From positions 90,336,001 through 90,400,000 of the forward strand of contig NC_086097.1 of NCBI RefSeq assembly GCF_963921235.1: a DNA stretch of 64,000 nucleotides, given 5' to 3'. Within the stretch, counting starts at the first letter, position 1. Each line of letters starts with the position of its first letter. Both the position numbers and the translations under genes were made by a program. The notes beneath the pieces are model-generated. The model ran no database searches and had not been told where the DNA came from. It saw only the letters and a program-made list of their open reading frames with translations. Positions 25,941-40,104 of the stretch are shown piece by piece. This DNA comes from Mobula hypostoma. Its lineage: Eukaryota.

Positions 25941-27855
25941 ATATTTTCTGTTCTCATATATGATCTCTAAATATGGGATCTTGGCATCAGTGGCAAGGGC
26001 AACATTTACTAACCTTCCCTAAATGCCTTCCTACTGGTTAGCTCACTTGCTAGAGTCATCCCCAATATTGGGTGCAGAATCAAACCTAGGCCGTGTTGAA
26101 TCAGACTGGGAAATTGATTCCCCCAAAACAGCATAAGTAGGTTTATATGATGTAGTCATTGTTAATGACTACAATTTTATTTTAATTAATTTAAACTCTA
26201 CAACTGCCAGTGGTGGGCTTTGAACTCGTATGGATTACTAGCCTGGTAATATTTACTGCTGCCCCATCACGGTAACTGGCCTTCCTCCGAGGTGCAGATC
26301 AATGACTCCACAACACCGTGTCAAAGAGCAGGAAAGCACCTCTTAGTGCCCTGGTTACCATTTGGCCCTTGGCCTTCATCACAAAAATGGAATATCTGGT
26401 GTGGACCAGGTTGTGTGGGAACGTACAGTGCCATTACTTAGTATTCAACAGTCACTCACACTTCAAAATTACTTTGCTGTAAAGTACCTCACAGTGTGCA
26501 GAGGTAGTGAATGGGTTACATCAGTACACCATTTCCTGAAGATTTATTTTTAGGAAATTAACTTGCTGGATTTGCTTATGTAATGCTGGGAAAGGCAATA
26601 TATTGACATCTCCTTCTCGCAAATTTCCAATGATGAATGAAGTGCTGTGATTTTAAGACAAAGTTGCTCAATACTGGGAGAATAATCAGAATACTTCACT
26701 TCAGGTACACACTGTATCCCACTTTACTCTGGGCCCTTACTTATTTATTTTTTTAAAAAAAGGCCCACTTCATAGAGGGATGCAAACCATAAAGGGACAG
26801 GAGTGACTTTTCGAAATTTATTTTTAATCTTTGTTTGGTTATTAAGATACAGCACAGAATGGGCCCTTCGAGCCCACTCAGCAGTCCCCCGATTTAATCC
26901 TAGCCTAATCACAGGACAATTTACAATGACCTATTAACCTAGCAACCGGTACGTCTTTGGACTGTGGGAGGAAACCACACACGGTCATGGGGAGAACCTA
27001 CAAGCTCCTTGCAGACAGTGGTGGGAATTGAACCCGGGACACTGGTACAGTAAAGCGTTGTGCTAACCACTATGCCTCCATGATGCTCCTGACCACAGAA
27101 CCCAGTATGTTTAGTTCATGAACCACACATCTTTGCATTGCCCTTTCTCTGCAGAAGACTTTGCCGCTTTAATCTCACTGAATCAGAGGGTGGAGTCAGC
27201 AGCTGGGGTGAGGTTTTATAGAGCAACAATGTGTTCTTTATACCACCAAGAGCTCAATGATTGATAGATATATCTTGGTCAATTGTCATCTCTTCACCAA
27301 CTAACTGAGAGGATGTCACAAGGACATGAAATACACCTCTGCCCTCGGTGTCCTTCCCTGCTCCATGGTCTGCCCAAGTACTGCACTGACAATTGAAGTA
27401 AAGCTCCTGTATCAGCTAGCTTTTGGTGCCCAGCAGAACATTTCTAATGGACATTATTCAAATAGAGTACTGTGCAAAAGTCTTTGGCACATACTTATAC
27501 CTTTGCACAGCACTGTACTAGTCAGCATGGGAGGGATGTGGAATAGATGACAGAGAGGGAGTGCCAAGGACCCGGGGGTGGGGGGGGGGGGTGAATGGCA
27601 CTGGTGCAGATACACCCAGCCCTGAGACACCAGGCAAAGTCATTTGATTCCAAACAACTGATTTATTGATCTTCATAGAATGTCTCTCTGGTGCTTCCTG
27701 CCTGCTCCCTAACCATTATTCCCATCTCCCTGTTCCCTTCTCACTCTCAGTACACAATAGAGACCCATTTCAGAGCCAGGCTTATCATCACTCACATATG
27801 TCATGAAGTTTGGTTTTTTTGCAGCAGCAGTTCAGGGCAATACAGAAAATTACTA

Positions 27856-27959
27856 CAGTATTGTGCAAAAGTCTTAGATATCATCTACACACACACACAC
27901 ACACACATACATATGTATGTATAGACAGTTAGGGTGCCCAGGACTTTAGCACAGTACTG
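27856..27959. mobile_element. Tc1/mariner-type MITE (second short copy at 27465-27515)
   Basis: TA|CAGTATTGTGCAAAAGTCTT...GGACTTTAGCACAGTACTG|TA: TIRs with a TA TSD and an internal (CA)n. Confidence 0.7.
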
Positions 27960-29498
27960 TAATGCGGATTTTATATTTCACATGTGTTATTCTGCTGTAC
28001 AGCATTTTCTAGTGCACCCAGTTAGTTCTAAAGGAAGGAAGGGAGAAAGAAAAAGTAGCAGGTTTAAAAGGGACTGGAAAACAGGCCGTCACGCATTTAA
28101 AGAGAGCATAAAGAGCAAGTGACACACTCGGTAGAGCTATAGCTCTTCACAGCACCAACAACCCAGGCTCACTCTTGATCCCTGTGCTGTGTGGAGTTTG
28201 CATGTTTGTCCTGTGACCACACGGGCTTCCCTTGGATTCTAAAGGCATGCAGGGTTAATTAGCCCTAGTGTGCCATGTAGTAGAACGTAGAGCCGAAATC
28301 CTGCACCCCCACGCTGCCCACGAAGAGTTCAGCTAACACTCGCCTCAGAGAAAGGGGTGGGAGCTGTGGTTAGGGGTGAAATTATAAAAATGCGTCTAGA
28401 CAATGAAGCCTAAAGAACCACAAGCTGCTATTTGGGAGTATGAAAAAAGCAGAACTTTTTTTTAAAACTCTGCATTGTAGAGTGAATATTGATGAGATAA
28501 CAACCAAAAATGGACAAGAGGAATATTTGTGACTTTATTTAATACTTTTTGGAATGCCATGCAAGCACACTACCTATTTCACTCTATTGCTCGTATTGAA
28601 TGATAGTGGATAACGTGCTTCCATTTCTGTTCTGTGGGTTCTCGAGAGGCTGATGGGGCCAGCACAGGAGCAGATGGGGAAGAGAGTACCCAAAATGACA
28701 GATGGATTACACTCATTACACAGCTCAAAATACATGAACAGAAGCTCCTCCATACCATCCCCATGAACTCCAAAGAATTGGTGGGGGTGTTGTACCTCAT
28801 CAGTAACTCTTTGAGCACAACTTGAATCTTTTCTTCTGTCCACGACATAATCTCTTCACACGACAGAACTCAGAATAAAGTGTCAGCTTTAGGGATCTGA
28901 GCTGCTAGAGGAAGCTGTTGAGGCAGGTACATGAATTGGAAAAGTTCGGGGGGGATACAAGCTAAACATGGGCAAATGGGACAAGCCTAGACAAAATCCA
29001 ATCTGTTTGCATGCTGTATCTATGAGGCAGAGAGTCACTGTGGCCTGTCTCACGCACACAGCTGGGTTAATTAGGACCTCAGTGCTGGAGATGTTCACCC
29101 TGGAAAGGCACAGGTCCTTCCTGTATCTTAAAGGGCCAGGCATGGATTACTTATCTATTGAGCTACCGCGTGGAATAGGCCCTTTCGGTCCTTTGAGCTG
29201 CGCTGCCCAGAAACACTTCCCCCCCGCAATTCAACCCTAGCCTAATCACAGGACAACTTACAATGACCAACTACCCTAGCGAATGGTATGCCTTTGGACT
29301 GTGGGAGGAAATCTGAGCACTCAAAGGAAACCCACACGGTCACGGGGAGTACATACTGGCAGTGGCGGGAATTGAACCGCGGTCACCCGTACTGTAAACT
29401 GTTGTGCTAACCACTACACTAAAGTGCCACCCAACTTAGGCCACTAACCGTGGGCAAATCACATTCCACCCTGCCAATCCAAAGCAAAAATATCAGCA

Positions 29499-29765
29499 AC
29501 ACACATCAAAGTTGCTGGTGAACGCAGCAGGCCAGGCAGCATCTCTAGGAAGAGGTGCAGTCGACGTTTCAGGCGGAGACCCTTCGTCAGGACTAACTGA
29601 AAGAAGGGCTAGTAAGAGATTTGAAAGTGGGAGGGGGAGGGGGAGATCCAAAATGATAGGAGAAGACAGGATGGAGCCAAGAGCTGGACAGTTGATTGGC
29701 AAAAGGGATACGAGAGGATCATGGGTGACAGTTGATTGGCAAAAGGGATATGAGAGGATCATGGA
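29499..29765 (-). mobile_element. Penelope pLTR-derived short insertion
   Basis: Perfect 14-bp TSD CAAAAATATCAGCA (29485-29498 and 29766-29779). Contains a hammerhead motif. A related truncated copy lies at 58876-58995. Confidence 0.8.
29559..29594 (-). ncRNA. Minimal type I hammerhead ribozyme motif
   Basis: AGUC-CUGACGA-AGG(GUCUCCG)CCU-GAAA-C-GUC-GACU: stem I AGUC/GACU, intact core, stem II AGG/CCU, palindromic loopless stem III (ACGU), GUC cleavage triplet. Confidence 0.7.
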
Positions 29766-30310
29766 CAAAAATATCAGCACTTTATTTAGTATCCCAGAGT
29801 CAGTGCAGTGCGCTTCAACACATAGTGGTTAACAGCAACCAATCTGCATACAGCAAGCTCCCACAAAGCAGCCGGAAATAACTGTTTAATGATATTAATT
29901 AATGGATCATGAGACTGAGAAGCCATCTCCCCCACAATCTCTTCCTCAAGACTCAGTGTCATACAGCAGAGAAACAGGCACTCAACTATTAACCACAGTT
30001 TCACTAATCCTACATCAATCCCATTTAGTAGAACACAGAACTTTGGCGGGGGGGGGTGCACGGTGGTGTAGTGGTTAGCACAACGCCATACAGTACCAGC
30101 AACCCCTGGTTCAATTCACACAGCGCCTGCAAAGACTTTGTACGTTCTCCCTGTGACTGTGTAGGTTTCCTCTCCACATTCCAAAGATGTACACATAAAT
30201 GGGCATGTAATTAGGCTAGGATTAAACTGGGGGATTGCTGGGCAGCACAGCTCAAAGAGCCAATTCCGCGCTGTACGTGAATAAATAAAACAGATAAATA
30301 ACGGTACAAT

Positions 30311-30864
30311 TAGGGTTGCCAATTGTCCCGTATTAGCCGGGACATCCCGTATATTGGGCTAAATTGGTTTGTCCCATCGGGGCCGCCCTTGTCCCGTATT
30401 TCCCCTGCTAAGGTAGAGCATTCCGATGAAACCGTTTGTGCCAAAGTGGCGTAAAGTGAAGAAGCAATTACCATTCATTTATATTGGAAAATTTTTTGAG
30501 CGTTTGCAGACCCAAAATATAACCTACCAAATCATACCAAATAACACATAATACCTAAAATAACACTAACATATAGTAACAGCAGGAATGATACGATAAA
30601 TACACAGCCTATATAAAGTAGAAGTAATGTATGCACAGTGTAGTTTCACTGAACAGAATCGCGAAAACCGATGTGTAGAGAGAAAAAAAAAAATCGGCAC
30701 ATACACACGTGCCAACGTCATGTATGCACACGTCACACATGTGCACACAGGTCCCCGCGCAAGGCTTCATGGTCATGGTAGTCTTTCTCAGGGTAAACAA
30801 AAGTGTCCCATATTTGATTGCTACTTTTGTCCCTTATTTGGGAGTGAGAAAGTTGGCAACCCTA
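30311..30864 (+). mobile_element. hAT (Blackjack-like) non-autonomous element, copy 1
   Basis: TIR TAGGGTTGCCAA/TTGGCAACCCTA; 8-bp TSD GGTACAAT/GGTACAAC. Confidence 0.9.
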
Positions 30865-33800
30865 GGTACAACACCGAACAGGCCTCTCGGCCGAGTGTTG
30901 TGCCAAACTAAATTATCTCAGCAACTGATGTCGCTGCTCACCTACGCCCCTGGGGCAACTTACACCAGCTTATTAAACATTACCAACCCACATTCCTTTG
31001 GAATGTAGGGGAAAATGGGAGCACACAAGGGAAAGCACACGTGATCACAGAGAGAACGAACACACACAGCACCCGAGCTCAGGACCGAATCCAGGTCGCC
31101 AGGGCAGGCCGGCAGCAGCACTGAACCAGGAGAAGAGACATCTTGTTGCCTGTGTTGCATGGATCTGCCCCCCCCCCCCCACAACCCGTAAACATGGTGT
31201 TTTCTCCTGGGTGCCTTTGTGATTGGCCATGGTGAACTGCCCGCAGTGCGGACAAGTAATGGGAGGATCGGGGTCAAGTTAATGGGCAGAGAAAATAGGC
31301 CACAGGGAACTGTGGGGAAAATGGATTACACTGTGAGCTGGGATAGGCTTGATGGACTGAATAGTCTCTTATGCTGGGAGGACATGCAGCTTGGCTTAGC
31401 AAGTTATAAAGACAAGCTTTATTTGTTACATGTACATCAAGACACGGTGAAATGTGTCATTTCTTTCAGCGAGGGTGTGCTGAGTATCATTCAGTTCAAT
31501 TGCTTGTCAAACCATCCATGCCTTAGGCTTTAAAAATACCCAATGCATGTTTTATTTGGGAGAGGCTGTGGAAAATAAAGAGGAGGAAATTCTAAAATAC
31601 GAAAACCCTCTCTCCTCCTACAGTCCACCTCCCCGCAACCAAGCGGGCCAGGAGAGGGTTTCACTCAGGACCAGCAAACCAGCCCAGGCTGCAAGGTAGT
31701 CCCTCATGCCCCTGTAGTAATTCCACTCCACTAAAACTTGCCCATACCACTTGTTACCCTGGAAAGTCACTCTGCCCCATTTCACCACTCCCCCTCATAC
31801 CATCACCCTTCCTGAAGCCAGCTGTTTTGGCGCCATTTTCTGGCGACATTGTACAATTTGATTATGGCCTGCACAACTGAAATTTCACCTTCCTCCCTTT
31901 CATCTCTAACTTCCTTGTAGCATTCAAAGGCCGTGGTTAATGTGGTACAAGCAGCGAGTGTTCATTGGCCAAGATAGAGCACGGGGAGGGACAAAGGGGT
32001 GAAGCAGAAAGCTGAGAGTGCCAGTTTGGGGTGGAGCATGAGACACGCACAGAGAGGATATACAAAAGGGGAACACAGAGGCAAGCATGAAGTATTGTTG
32101 GGGGTGGGACAAAAAGCACAAATAGTGTGAATGCTTGTGTGTGTGAGACACGCACACACATACAAAATGAAACTGAGCAAGTGACCAGGAGCAAGACTGT
32201 ATAAAAACACATTTTAAAATAGTGAAAGATGTGTTCAGAGCAACCAGACACAAAGAGTCATGTTGATCACATACATGTCATGCCAGATGGAGGATGTCTC
32301 TCTCATCAGAAGCTGTATGAGTCTGATGCATGTTCAAACCAAAGTGAAAAATACAAAATAACTTCATTGCACATTCAATGCAGAACTGATTCTTACTCAT
32401 TTTCCAGGATGTGGACATTGCATTACTAACTGCCCACAAGCTGATGATGGGTAGCCCATTTCCCACTCCAACTTCCTCCATTGTTTTAGTAGACAGCCAA
32501 GCATCTACTCGGCCAGGACTTGAGCCAGAAGGCGCACCAGGCAAGGTTAAAGATTTCGTCCTTGAAGGACATGAGTAACTCTCACGAAATGCTCATAAAC
32601 CTATTGTTTACTAATATCTTGTTTTTAAGAAATTCCAGATTAGAATTCCCACAACTGCAGTGATGAGATTTGAACTCTGATGCAACCCTTGCGATTGCAG
32701 GTCCAATCTTTTAATTGTTGTGCCAACACCATGATAAGAGTCTCCTATTCGTACAGACGTAGAATATAGCAGCAAAACAGGTTCCTCGGCCAACACATTT
32801 GTACCAACCAAGTGGCCCAACCAAGATATCTTATTTGCCTGCACTTGGATCATATCCTCCCTGAAGCTTGCCAGTCCATATACCTGTCCAATGTCACCAG
32901 TGACACAATGGAGGACCCAAAGTCCAAACTGCAACCTAGTTCCCAGACAAATCTTAGGTTCAATGGCGAGGGACCCAAGTTGTCTGCTCTCCATCTGTAG
33001 CCTCTTCAGAAAATCCACCTTTGACTTAGTGACATGGGGAATGGGAGAAGTTGGGACGGGGAAGGAAAACACAATCAGTGACCTAGGTGTGATATTTGTC
33101 AACTGGGACACTTTTCAAACAAGGATGGGCAGAACTTAACCACAAGAGCTTCCACAGGTGAATAGCCTGCTATGACGCACAGTCAAAAATGAAACAGAGC
33201 CTAGGGCTAGACACATGAGACATCAGCCAATAAGTCATCGCATATCACATTCAGGGTGAAAAGGGAGGAGGACCGCAACATGTGCGTGCATGTAAATTTA
33301 GTGAAACGAGTAAAACAAACTCAACTAAAAGCGTCAGCAAGCTGCACCTTTCAATCCAGGTACAGGCATCAGACATCTACCAGCTCCAATTATTTTCTGC
33401 CTCTCCCTATGAGTAACCAATACTTGCTGTGTGCTTTAACAAAAGTTAAATGTGGCTAAGGAATTTGATCCGTAGCTAATACAGACACAGTGCTAATACT
33501 TTCACAGGTTATTTTAACATTGTTCCAAGTTGCTCCATGGGAGCTCTGTCAGGTGGCATTCCGATGCCACATCTGGAGATGTTGAAATGAGTGACAATAT
33601 TTTGATTAAAGAGAAGGTTTTAAACAGCACAGCATGTGGAGGCTTAATGAGGCTCTTTAAGAGCTTTGGATACAGGCAGTGAAATACAACGATACTTCTA
33701 CTGAAGAATAAAACACACATCAGAAAGTAGAACACCCAATTTTGGTCTCCAGATCGTAAAATAGACAAGGAGAAAATAGGGAAAAATACGTAATGGAACA

Positions 33801-35585
33801 TTTGCAAGGGCACTCAAAATGAGAGTGTAATAACTAGAGAGATGGTTGAAAAGTTAGTTAACATAGGACCTTATAGCTTGGAAGGATTGGGTACACAGTA
33901 ATTATAGTGAGGACACTTTCATTAGTTGGAGAAGCCAAACTCAATGGTCAATGTACAAGTTGGACATTACTATCCAATCAGGAATTATGGAGGATCTTTT
34001 TTATCATAAGAGTGTGAGAATGATGAGGCACCAGCATATAGTGCTTGGGACCAAAAGAATGATGTATGCAATGGAAATGTAGACAAGAGCATGATGGAGA
34101 AGGATTATGAAACATTTAATGGGCAGGGAAGGCTAGGGCAATGGAAAGGTAACAGGGCATAGAGCTATGGGGATGCTTGTCCCCTTTCTAAACTCCATGC
34201 AGCACTCTGTCAACATAGAATGAGATGATCACTTTTAGAGACCCAACTACAGCTTGAAATGTGCTACAGCCTTTGGGCCAACCCCAACCAGAAAGGGTTT
34301 GCAATTCTCTCCATTGTGGTAACATTTATCTACTTTGTTCTCAGGAAGTGAGTGTGGCTGGCTCAGTCAGTACTTGTTGCCCGTCACCAAACTACCTTGG
34401 ACTCTGTGGCAGTGGGCAGATTCCTGGGCAGCCCCACTCCCTACAGTAAAAGCACTCCAATATTAACTCACTAGCCTTTCGGTAATTTTAACTAACCCAC
34501 TGGCCTCCACTGTACCAACCTACGTCCAATGGCTTCAGCTGTATCGGTATCTCTCAACCACAATGAGCAGAGTTAGTCAAGTGCACTAGTTTCCTGTTTA
34601 CCCCACAATCTTGCAGACACATGCTGCATCTTTTCCAAGCCACAAATACATTCTCAGCCTATTTTGTCAGCCTCTCCCGCCCCAGCCCTTCAACTACTTC
34701 AACAGACAGACACAAATCTTTTTGTCGCACTGAAACTTCTGTCCATCGTCTCCTGCTCCAGTATGATCCCTGACTGACAGCACAGTTCATGAGCTGTCTT
34801 AGCTTGACAGACAGAACCAGTAATAACTGATGGGGTCTTCTCACCTCTTCTCGTGGTCAATCAAAGCTGTTAGAAACATTGACATTGACAACATCTGCTA
34901 GCAATTGATGCACCATCAGGAGTTAAATGAACAATATTCCACAAATCCTTTGCAGTCTCAGAATACAAGGACATTCCTTTAGAACAGAGATGAGGAGGAA
35001 TTTGTTTATTCAGCGGGTGGTGAATCTGTGGAATTCATTGCCAGAGATGGCTGTGAAAGCCAAGTCATTGGGTATATTTAAAGTACAGGATGATTAGTGA
35101 GGGTGTCAAAGATTACTGGGAGAAGGCAGGAAAATAGGGTCGAGGGATAACAAGTCAGCATGATGGAATTGTGAAGCAGACGCAATAGGCTGAATGGCTA
35201 ATTCTGCACCTGTATCTCATTGTCTTTGCATTTTTAAAAAATCATACCCCAGACTAAAGTTCATTAAAACTAACAAATAAACGATAAAGCACCATTGTAA
35301 GCTTATCTCCAGAGAACAAAGGTCTCCCATTGACAGGGTTTAACCTAGGCTTCTCAACGGAAAAGCTTGGTGCTGACTCCGTTAAATGTCAAAGACCCTG
35401 CCTCAGCTGACAGAGCAGTATAAAATCACAGCACTAACACTGGTAACAGAAATCCTGCCCGACTGAAAAAAAATGCTACTCAGACCCTCACTGCAATGTT
35501 ATCCAAATAAAATTGCTTGATACAAAGCCACATCCAAAGTGCAAAAATAATTTTGTCAAAAAGGTAGATTGAAGCAGTGTGACAT

Positions 35586-35752
35586 GAGAGAGGGGAGGGG
35601 GGAGGGGGGGAGAGGGAGGGGGGAGGGGGGAGAGGGAGGGGGGAGGGGGAGAGAGGGGGGAGAGGGGGAGGGGGGGGAGGGGGAGAGAGGGGGGAGGGGG
35701 AGAGAGGGGGGAGGGAGAGAGAGGGGGGAGGGAGAGAAAAGAGAAAAGGGGA
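35586..35752 (+). repeat. Polypurine G-rich low-complexity tract
   Basis: Uninterrupted G/A sequence with many G4-G7 runs. Confidence 0.95.
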
Positions 35753-37637
35753 ACAGCTGACAATGAGGAGGGAAAGAAATTCAGGGATGGCTGGAGGCCA
35801 AGGGGTGCAGGTGCAGAGGAGATGAAAGGGAGTGTTCTGACCAAGGAGAGTCAATCACAAGAGCAAGAATTTTTTTTAAATGACACATATTTGAACTTTT
35901 GTAGGTCAGTGGACAACCAGTGATGGGCAAACATGGCTTAGCCCAAGCTCAGGTTTATTCGGGGGCCGGGGGAGGAGAGTGGTTGGTTAGCAATGCTTTG
36001 GAATTGTGGGTTTAAGGTTAAATCAAGCAGGCCAAGGATTTCAGTAACATCACAGAGGCAAAGGATAAAGATCAGCAAGTACATCAACAGGAAAAGGCTA
36101 GTAACCCCAGAAGGTAGGCACTCAATTCCTTCAGACTTCTTCACCATTGAAAAAAGCCATGGCAGATATGATTGCGACTTTAACCCTGTCTCCAATTAAC
36201 CCTTCACACTTATCAAGCACTTTTCTACCTCTGCCTTATTTAAATAATTTGCTTTCACTGCCTCTTGAGGGAAGAGTTTCAGGAATTGATGACACTTGGG
36301 GGAAAAAGAAATTCCCTTCACCTCCATCGATGCGAGCCTGTCGAGGCAGGGTGCAGAGGTTTTGCTGGCTGCCCGCTGTGCACAACCTACTCTCTCCTTG
36401 GCATTACGGGGGCTGCAAAGAAAAGAGCCACCAGGACCGTCACAGAGACTGCAGAGCGAGCCTCCAGGAGGTTATGGAACAAGAGGTGTGACCCGTGGAC
36501 CAGTGCTGCTGGGACACAAGCCAGGGCCTGATCAACCCTGGCTAGGCCCCTTGGGCGAGAGCGTCTGATGCTGAAACACCTGAAAACCCAAGGTTACATC
36601 ACTGATGATGTGTCCTAGCATGTCCTAGGATGGATCTTCGCATCAAATGCACAGTTGCCCACTTTAAAACAGTGACCATGGGTTCCAGGTTCTCCTAGCA
36701 TGAAATACCTGTACAGCTCCTCCGGGACTTCAGGTATCTTAATTAAATCCTCTTATGTGGATACAAGCCTAGCCTGTCCAACCATAAGGCAGCCCATTGA
36801 TTAGGAACAGAAAAACCTTGAATTACAAGTAGATTGCAATCACGACTGTAGTGCTGCATGTAACTACATGCCATGGCCACTGTCTGCTACCCACTACAGG
36901 AAACACCTGGCTGACATTCAGTCTTACTATTTAGCAACACCAGCTGCCTGATGTGCTTTGGGTGCCCATCAGCTTGTGCCACATTCAAGTGATGCAACAC
37001 CCACTTACTGTCTGACTACAAATGTTTGTTCTAGGACATCGTTCGACGATTTGGAAAGGTGAAAGAAACTGAGGTCACTCCACCGAGAGCTCGGAAAATG
37101 TTGGTGAGATTTGGTAAAGGGAGGCAAAGTCTTCAGGGTTGCAGTGTGGCAAAAAGAAACTCTTCTTTGATATGCGACTCAGTAACCGGGGACACGAACT
37201 GGCTCATTCGATCGTTACGTGCCATATCATATGATGTAGGTGATCATGGTCTTTCAAAGACAAATTATTGTTTTTGGCAAATTTTTCTACAGAAGTGGTT
37301 TGCCATTGCCTTCTTCTGGGCAGTGTCATTTCAAGAGGGGCGACCCCAGCCATTATCAATACACTTTAGAGAGTTTCTGCCTGGCGTCAGTGGTCACATA
37401 ACCAGCTGCTCATATGACCATCCACCACCAGCTCCCATGGCTTCACGTGACTCTGACTTGGCCCGGGGGGCGGGGGGGGGGGATGCTAAGCAGGTGCTAC
37501 ACCTTGCCCGAAGGTCACCTGCAGGCTAGGGGAGGGAAGGAGATCCTTGCACCTCCTGTAGTAGAGATGCATCTCCAACCCACCACCCGAACAAGCTGGT
37601 CAGAGAGGAGAAATTTATTTTCCAATACAGAATTGCC

Positions 37638-37638
<1 letters not shown>

Positions 37639-37688
<50 letters not shown>
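37639..37688 (+). repeat. (AC)n microsatellite
   Basis: About 25 perfect units. Shorter (AC)n tracts at ~14567-14597, 20992-21012 and 27887-27907. Confidence 0.95.
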
Positions 37689-37692
<4 letters not shown>

Positions 37693-39173
37693 TACAGAAC
37701 AGCAACAGTGAGACTGCGGGAAAGAGTAGGGGGAAATTATAACTGAAGCTGGCACCTTGTGCTCCATCATTCTACAATTCCAGCAAAGCATTGATGAGCC
37801 GTTGTGTTCATCAAGTTGAACATCAACAGCAAAAGGCCAGTCACATGAAAAAGCCTAGCAAACTACATCCAATAAAATCTTCATTGTCAATTCAAACACC
37901 CTTTGCACCTCCTTCCACCACCTTCCTTAGGATCTTCTTCAAGCCTATCGCCCTAAGTTTCATTTCCTCATTCTTGGCACTCCATTTATAATCTACATTC
38001 CTTGCTGCAGAGCCATCCCCAAACCTGCTCTGTCAGTTTCCTTCTAATAAACTTCAGCATGATGGATTGTTCCAGAAATAGAAACAGATCCAACTGGCTT
38101 GATCTTTCTGCCTCAAAACAAAAGTTATTATTTAACAAGACAGGAGAACCTGTTTGGTCCAGCCTTAGAAATATAAATCACAGTCCTTCAACTCCTACTC
38201 AGGAAACTCCCTACCAAATAGCATTGTGGAGGCATATTCACCAGAAGGAATGCAGCAGTTCAAGGTACCAGTGCATTCTCAGGAACAATTAGCAATAAAA
38301 GCTGCCACTACCAACAACTCCCAGATCCTACAGATAATCATACAAGTACAAGCATTTTATTACAATGCGTCACATGGAAGTAAAGGCCAACTGTCTTGCC
38401 AGGTATGGGATGGTACTGGGTTTGCTGAACCCAGTTCTAAACTCAAACGAAGACCTTTACCCCTATTTGATACAAATAGCCATGAGTACTCCCACTAAAG
38501 GGAGATTATACTGTAACTGTCCAGTCTTCAAAGACCCGTTCACTTCCCTGCCTATTCTCCATAGCAAATTTAGCTGCCAATACCCACTATTCAAGTGGTG
38601 GGTCTGGAGACCAGGGTGAAGATGCTTCCAGTTAACAAAGTAGTTTAAAACACAATTCATTTATTTTCAGTGCTACTTGTTTATATTCAATCAACATACT
38701 TAAAACATATTCAGCATGGATTTCTATCTTAAACCTTCCCAAATTACAAACCATTTCCAAAACATAAAGCACAAAGGATTTCCAAAACACGGGTACAATT
38801 CTTATAAAGAAAAAAAAACAAAGATACACACGTCTGTTACAGAAATTGAAACCTGAGAAATGTATTCTAGCTCACCTCGTGTTTCTTCCATACTTCTTGA
38901 TGTTTCTTACCCCATTCCTAATAAGCCTGAACTGCTCTCTAAATTTATAGCCTTTCACTTCCACTTGGGTGATGTCACACACATACATCCCCTCCGATAA
39001 CCTTTTTACACAAGCAGTCCAAAACCACTTTGGAGACATAGATCTCAATTAAGGTTGTGATGCTAACTTCCCTGAGTACATAAAACTCGCAACTATAAAC
39101 ACATCAGTTATTTGATACATTAAATGATATTATCCATCTGGTCTGCAAGCTTCCTTGAACTAAGCAACTTAGA

Positions 39174-40104
39174 TGAATAAACTCATCTCGGCCTTCCAGC
39201 CGGGTTCAGGTATCGATTATTATTGACGTTTCGATGACAAACTCTACCATCTTCATCAGGGATGATGACTGGACACGTCTAGTCTGGTGGTATTTATACC
39301 CCTGTCATCTGGTCCTTCTGATTGGTTAGTCCTCATCCAATCAGGTTTGCACTCTCCCATCTTGTTTACAATTGAATTTCAGTTTTTACTTAGAGCGAGA
39401 CCTTCTTCTTTGTTAAAATTCTTTTCCTCTAGTTTTACTTCAATGGTTTCCTTTACCTGGCAGTCCCAAAAGCGCGGCATGTTAGTCTTGTGCTGTCAAA
39501 GTCAATCCTATGGCCATTGCGAGTGCAATATTCTGTTACCACCGATTTCTCTGGGTAACCCAAATGGATGCACCTCCTGTTCTCCTTGATGCAGGTTTTC
39601 ACCGTGCGTCCTGTCAGGCTGATATCCGCTGCTCTGCATTCACAGGGAATCCGGTAAGTGGCAGCCGACCCACGTCCCAGGTCCTCCTTGACCCACAAGA
39701 GCTGCGATTTGAGTTTCCTTACAGTTTGTGGGTGGCATCAATCTGGTATTTCTTCAGGATCCTGGCGATGCTTCCAGAAACCGTGGAAATATAGGGAAGA
39801 CACTATGGCAATGGGATTGACTTTGACGGCACAAAACTACTGTGTCGCACCAAAGGCTTTTGGGACCGCTTGGTAAAGGAAGCCGTTAAAATAAAACGAG
39901 AGGAAAGAATTTTAACAAAGATGAAGGGCTCATTCTAAGAACTGAAATTCAATTGTAAACAAGGTGGGACAGCGGAAAACGGATCCCTGATGAAGATGGC
40001 AGAGTTTGTCATCGAAACGTCAGTTATAACTGATACTTGCACCTGGCTGGAAGCTCGAGAAAACTTATTTGTCATATATGCCGGGAAAGCATTAGATCCT
40101 TTCA
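39174..40104. mobile_element. Penelope-like element (GIY-YIG remnant) in inverted arrangement
   Basis: Minus-strand YRIPCEC..ISLTGRTVKTCIKENRRCIHLGYPEKSVVTE..GHRIDFD is a degenerate GIY-YIG endonuclease. 39805-40070 is an inverted copy of the 3' part. Flanked by TAAGCAAC(T/C)TAGA direct repeats. Confidence 0.85.

Noticed and set aside
28574..28848. Overlapping 89-aa minus-strand ORFs ending near a possible donor (TAG|GTAGTG)
   Set aside because: All three frames stop at or just before the donor, so it cannot join the sushi exon in frame. No recognisable homology.
29685..29765. 39-bp tandem duplication; also a 26-bp direct repeat at ~14196 and ~14614
   Set aside because: Only two units and no spacer array. 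These are local slippage events in repeats, not CRISPR-like arrays.
32611..33111. 166-aa minus-strand ORF
   Set aside because: No recognisable domain or convincing splice context, and it partly overlaps degenerate retroposon tail sequence.
35480..35854. Proline-rich ORFs
   Set aside because: Translation artefact of the G/A low-complexity tract.
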